Origin: an uncultured Methanosarcinales archaeon
GTDB lineage: Archaea; Nanobdellota; Nanobdellia; Woesearchaeales; UBA525
DNA: 13,804 nucleotides
NCBI GenBank assembly: GCA_964432865.1
Contig: CAYSOY010000002.1
Location: forward strand, 35,187-48,990
Direction: 5' to 3'
Part shown: positions 12,673 through 13,804 of the stretch, piece after piece
How the letters are laid out: the number at the start of each line of letters is the position of its first letter
How positions within the stretch are numbered: the stretch's first letter is position 1
The notes under the pieces: model-generated
Databases searched by the model: none
What the model saw: only the letters and a program-made list of their open reading frames with translations
What the model was told of the DNA's origin: nothing
Made by a program: the position numbers and the translations under genes

Positions 12673-12698
12673 ATTAGTTATTAATCGATTAGTTATTA
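12673..12698 (+). promoter_or_regulatory. 11-bp direct repeat ATTAGTTATTA (x2, 15-bp period) overlapping a 10-bp palindrome TAATCGATTA; candidate regulator-binding site
   Basis: The repeat copies lie at 12673-12683 and 12688-12698, and the palindrome at 12682-12691. The element is about 75-95 nt upstream of the ATG at 12770, just upstream of the TATA-like element. Confidence 0.3.
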
Positions 12699-12769
12699 TA
12701 TAGTACGAAAAAAATTATAAATGAGAAATTAATTCTTTGTAAAAACTTATAACAGGAGGGGATTACTAT

Positions 12770-13459
12770 ATGAAAAACAAAGGTGGCATTGGAGAGAAAA
12801 TGAGGAATGGAATAATAAGGAATTTTGATTCCAACTATTTTTCTGAAAGATTGGCGAACTCTATAGATAACTGTTACGAGCAAGCAAAAAGAGTAATAGA
12901 AGGATTAAAAAATAATCAGAATGAAAATAATAATATAGATAATCTTTTCAATAGTTTAGAAGCGAGTAAGGGTAGAAAAGCAGAGATTATACTCACAGCT
13001 ACAGGTATCTTTGCTGAAGAGATAGTTGATGCAGAGAAAGAAGAGAGATGTCAAAATCTTAGAAAACAGTACAAAGAAGTTGAAATTCATAGAGAAGAAG
13101 AAATAAACTTAGTCCAAAAGTTGAAAAAAACCAGTGGGGCAGAAGAGATCATATTCGAAGACGAAAAAAGCCAGAATCTCATCTATATGATTAAAAAAGG
13201 AGAGAGGTTAGCAAGAAAAACGGACCAAGAAGAATACTATGATTTCAAGGATTTCAACATATTAGTGAACAACTATATAAAAAGATCGTTTCCTCAATAC
13301 GCAAAAAACATATACAGAATAAAACTCGAAGTTCATGAAGGGGGAGAAAATAATATAGATGAAGTAGTAGAAAACAGTTTTAAAATATTAATAAGAAATA
13401 TTGACAAGTTCTCAGAAAAAGAAGAGAAAACATCTCCATACAATATAGGATCAGAGTAA
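12770..13459 (+). CDS. hypothetical protein, 229 aa, N/E/K-rich, no recognisable domain
   Basis: The ATG at 12770 is preceded by GGAGG (12755-12759) at 10-nt spacing, and a TATA-like ATTATAAA lies at 12714-12721. A long open frame in very AT-rich DNA supports coding. I recognise no family motif. Confidence 0.6.
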   Translation: MKNKGGIGEKMRNGIIRNFDSNYFSERLANSIDNCYEQAKRVIEGLKNNQNENNNIDNLFNSLEASKGRKAEIILTATGIFAEEIVDAEKEERCQNLRKQYKEVEIHREEEINLVQKLKKTSGAEEIIFEDEKSQNLIYMIKKGERLARKTDQEEYYDFKDFNILVNNYIKRSFPQYAKNIYRIKLEVHEGGENNIDEVVENSFKILIRNIDKFSEKEEKTSPYNIGSE

Positions 13460-13530
13460 AAATAAAATAATAGAATAATAAAATGATGGTTTAAAGATAA
13501 AGGTATCTATAGAGGATAAAAATCTTGTAG

Positions 13531-13583
13531 AAAAAAATGCTAAAAAAAATAAAAAAATTTTTCTATGTTAAGTTCTGGTTTTT
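13531..13583. terminator. bidirectional oligo-T/oligo-A terminator zone between convergent genes
   Basis: A7 (13531-13537), A8 (13542-13549) and A7 (13551-13557) read as T-runs for the minus-strand membrane gene. T5 runs at 13558-13562 and 13579-13583 serve the plus-strand orphan gene. Confidence 0.45.
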
Positions 13584-13591
13584 CTAAACCA

Positions 13592-13804
13592 TTACTTGCC
13601 TTTGAACAAGTATTTCAGTCCTACGACAAACGTAGCCGGGGCAAAGACCAGCATCATGTTTTTAAAAGTTGGTCCGAACCACTCAATGTTGCCAAAAGCT
13701 CCGCCTGCGAGGTAACTTACCAGGACAAAGACCAGTCCTACAACCATGTAGTCGTATGCCTGCTTGTCCATCAGGTTCAGCAGTCCTACAACAAGACCGA
13801 TTAT
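13592..13804 (-). CDS. membrane protein, C-terminal 70 codons; the gene continues beyond the right edge of the window
   Basis: Hand translation of the minus strand is open from the window edge to TAA (13592-13594): ...IIGLVVGLLNLMDKQAYDYMVVGLVFVLVSYLAGGAFGNIEWFGPTFKNMMLVFAPATFVVGLKYLFKGK*. It is hydrophobic and glycine-rich (TM helices), and its GC content is higher than that of the adjacent AT-rich DNA. It is absent from the ORF track because no start codon lies in the window. The family is not recognised. Confidence 0.5.
   Translation of the reverse strand: MIGLVVGLLNLMDKQAYDYMVVGLVFVLVSYLAGGAFGNIEWFGPTFKNMMLVFAPATFVVGLKYLFKGK

Noticed and set aside
11382-12883. Minus-strand ORFs 11382-11621 (79 aa) and 12689-12883 (64 aa)
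   Set aside because: The first is antisense to the well-supported SBP gene. The second overlaps the promoter and 5' end of the 229-aa orphan gene and has an implausible F/I/Y-rich AT-driven composition.

Overview
The window looks like an archaeal chromosomal segment. Palindromic TTTATAAA TATA boxes sit about 26 nt upstream of ATG start codons, which implies leaderless first genes. Internal genes carry GGAGGT/GAGGTGAT Shine-Dalgarno sites, and a HerA-type ATPase is present. The core is a six-gene minus-strand cluster (9872 down to 2044). It encodes two large vWA proteins with BatA-type N-terminal double-TM anchors, two small unrecognised membrane proteins with Cys-bearing acidic tails, a MoxR AAA+ ATPase and a DUF58 protein. 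The left flank holds the 3' part of a HerA-like ATPase gene, then a sharply AT-rich island of about 1.3 kb with two convergent orphan genes. The right flank holds pgi, followed by an orphan LivJ-type substrate-binding lipoprotein gene bracketed by a perfect 54-bp direct repeat that duplicates the pgi 3' end. Beyond that lie a second AT-rich orphan gene and the C-terminal fragment of a membrane protein gene that runs off the window. I saw no rRNA, tRNA, CRISPR array, transposase or integrase by eye. The items most worth follow-up are the repeat-bracketed cassette at pgi, the unusual MoxR/vWA membrane cluster with its two novel partners, and the AT-rich orphan islands. All functional calls rest on motif recognition in the translations; no database search was possible.
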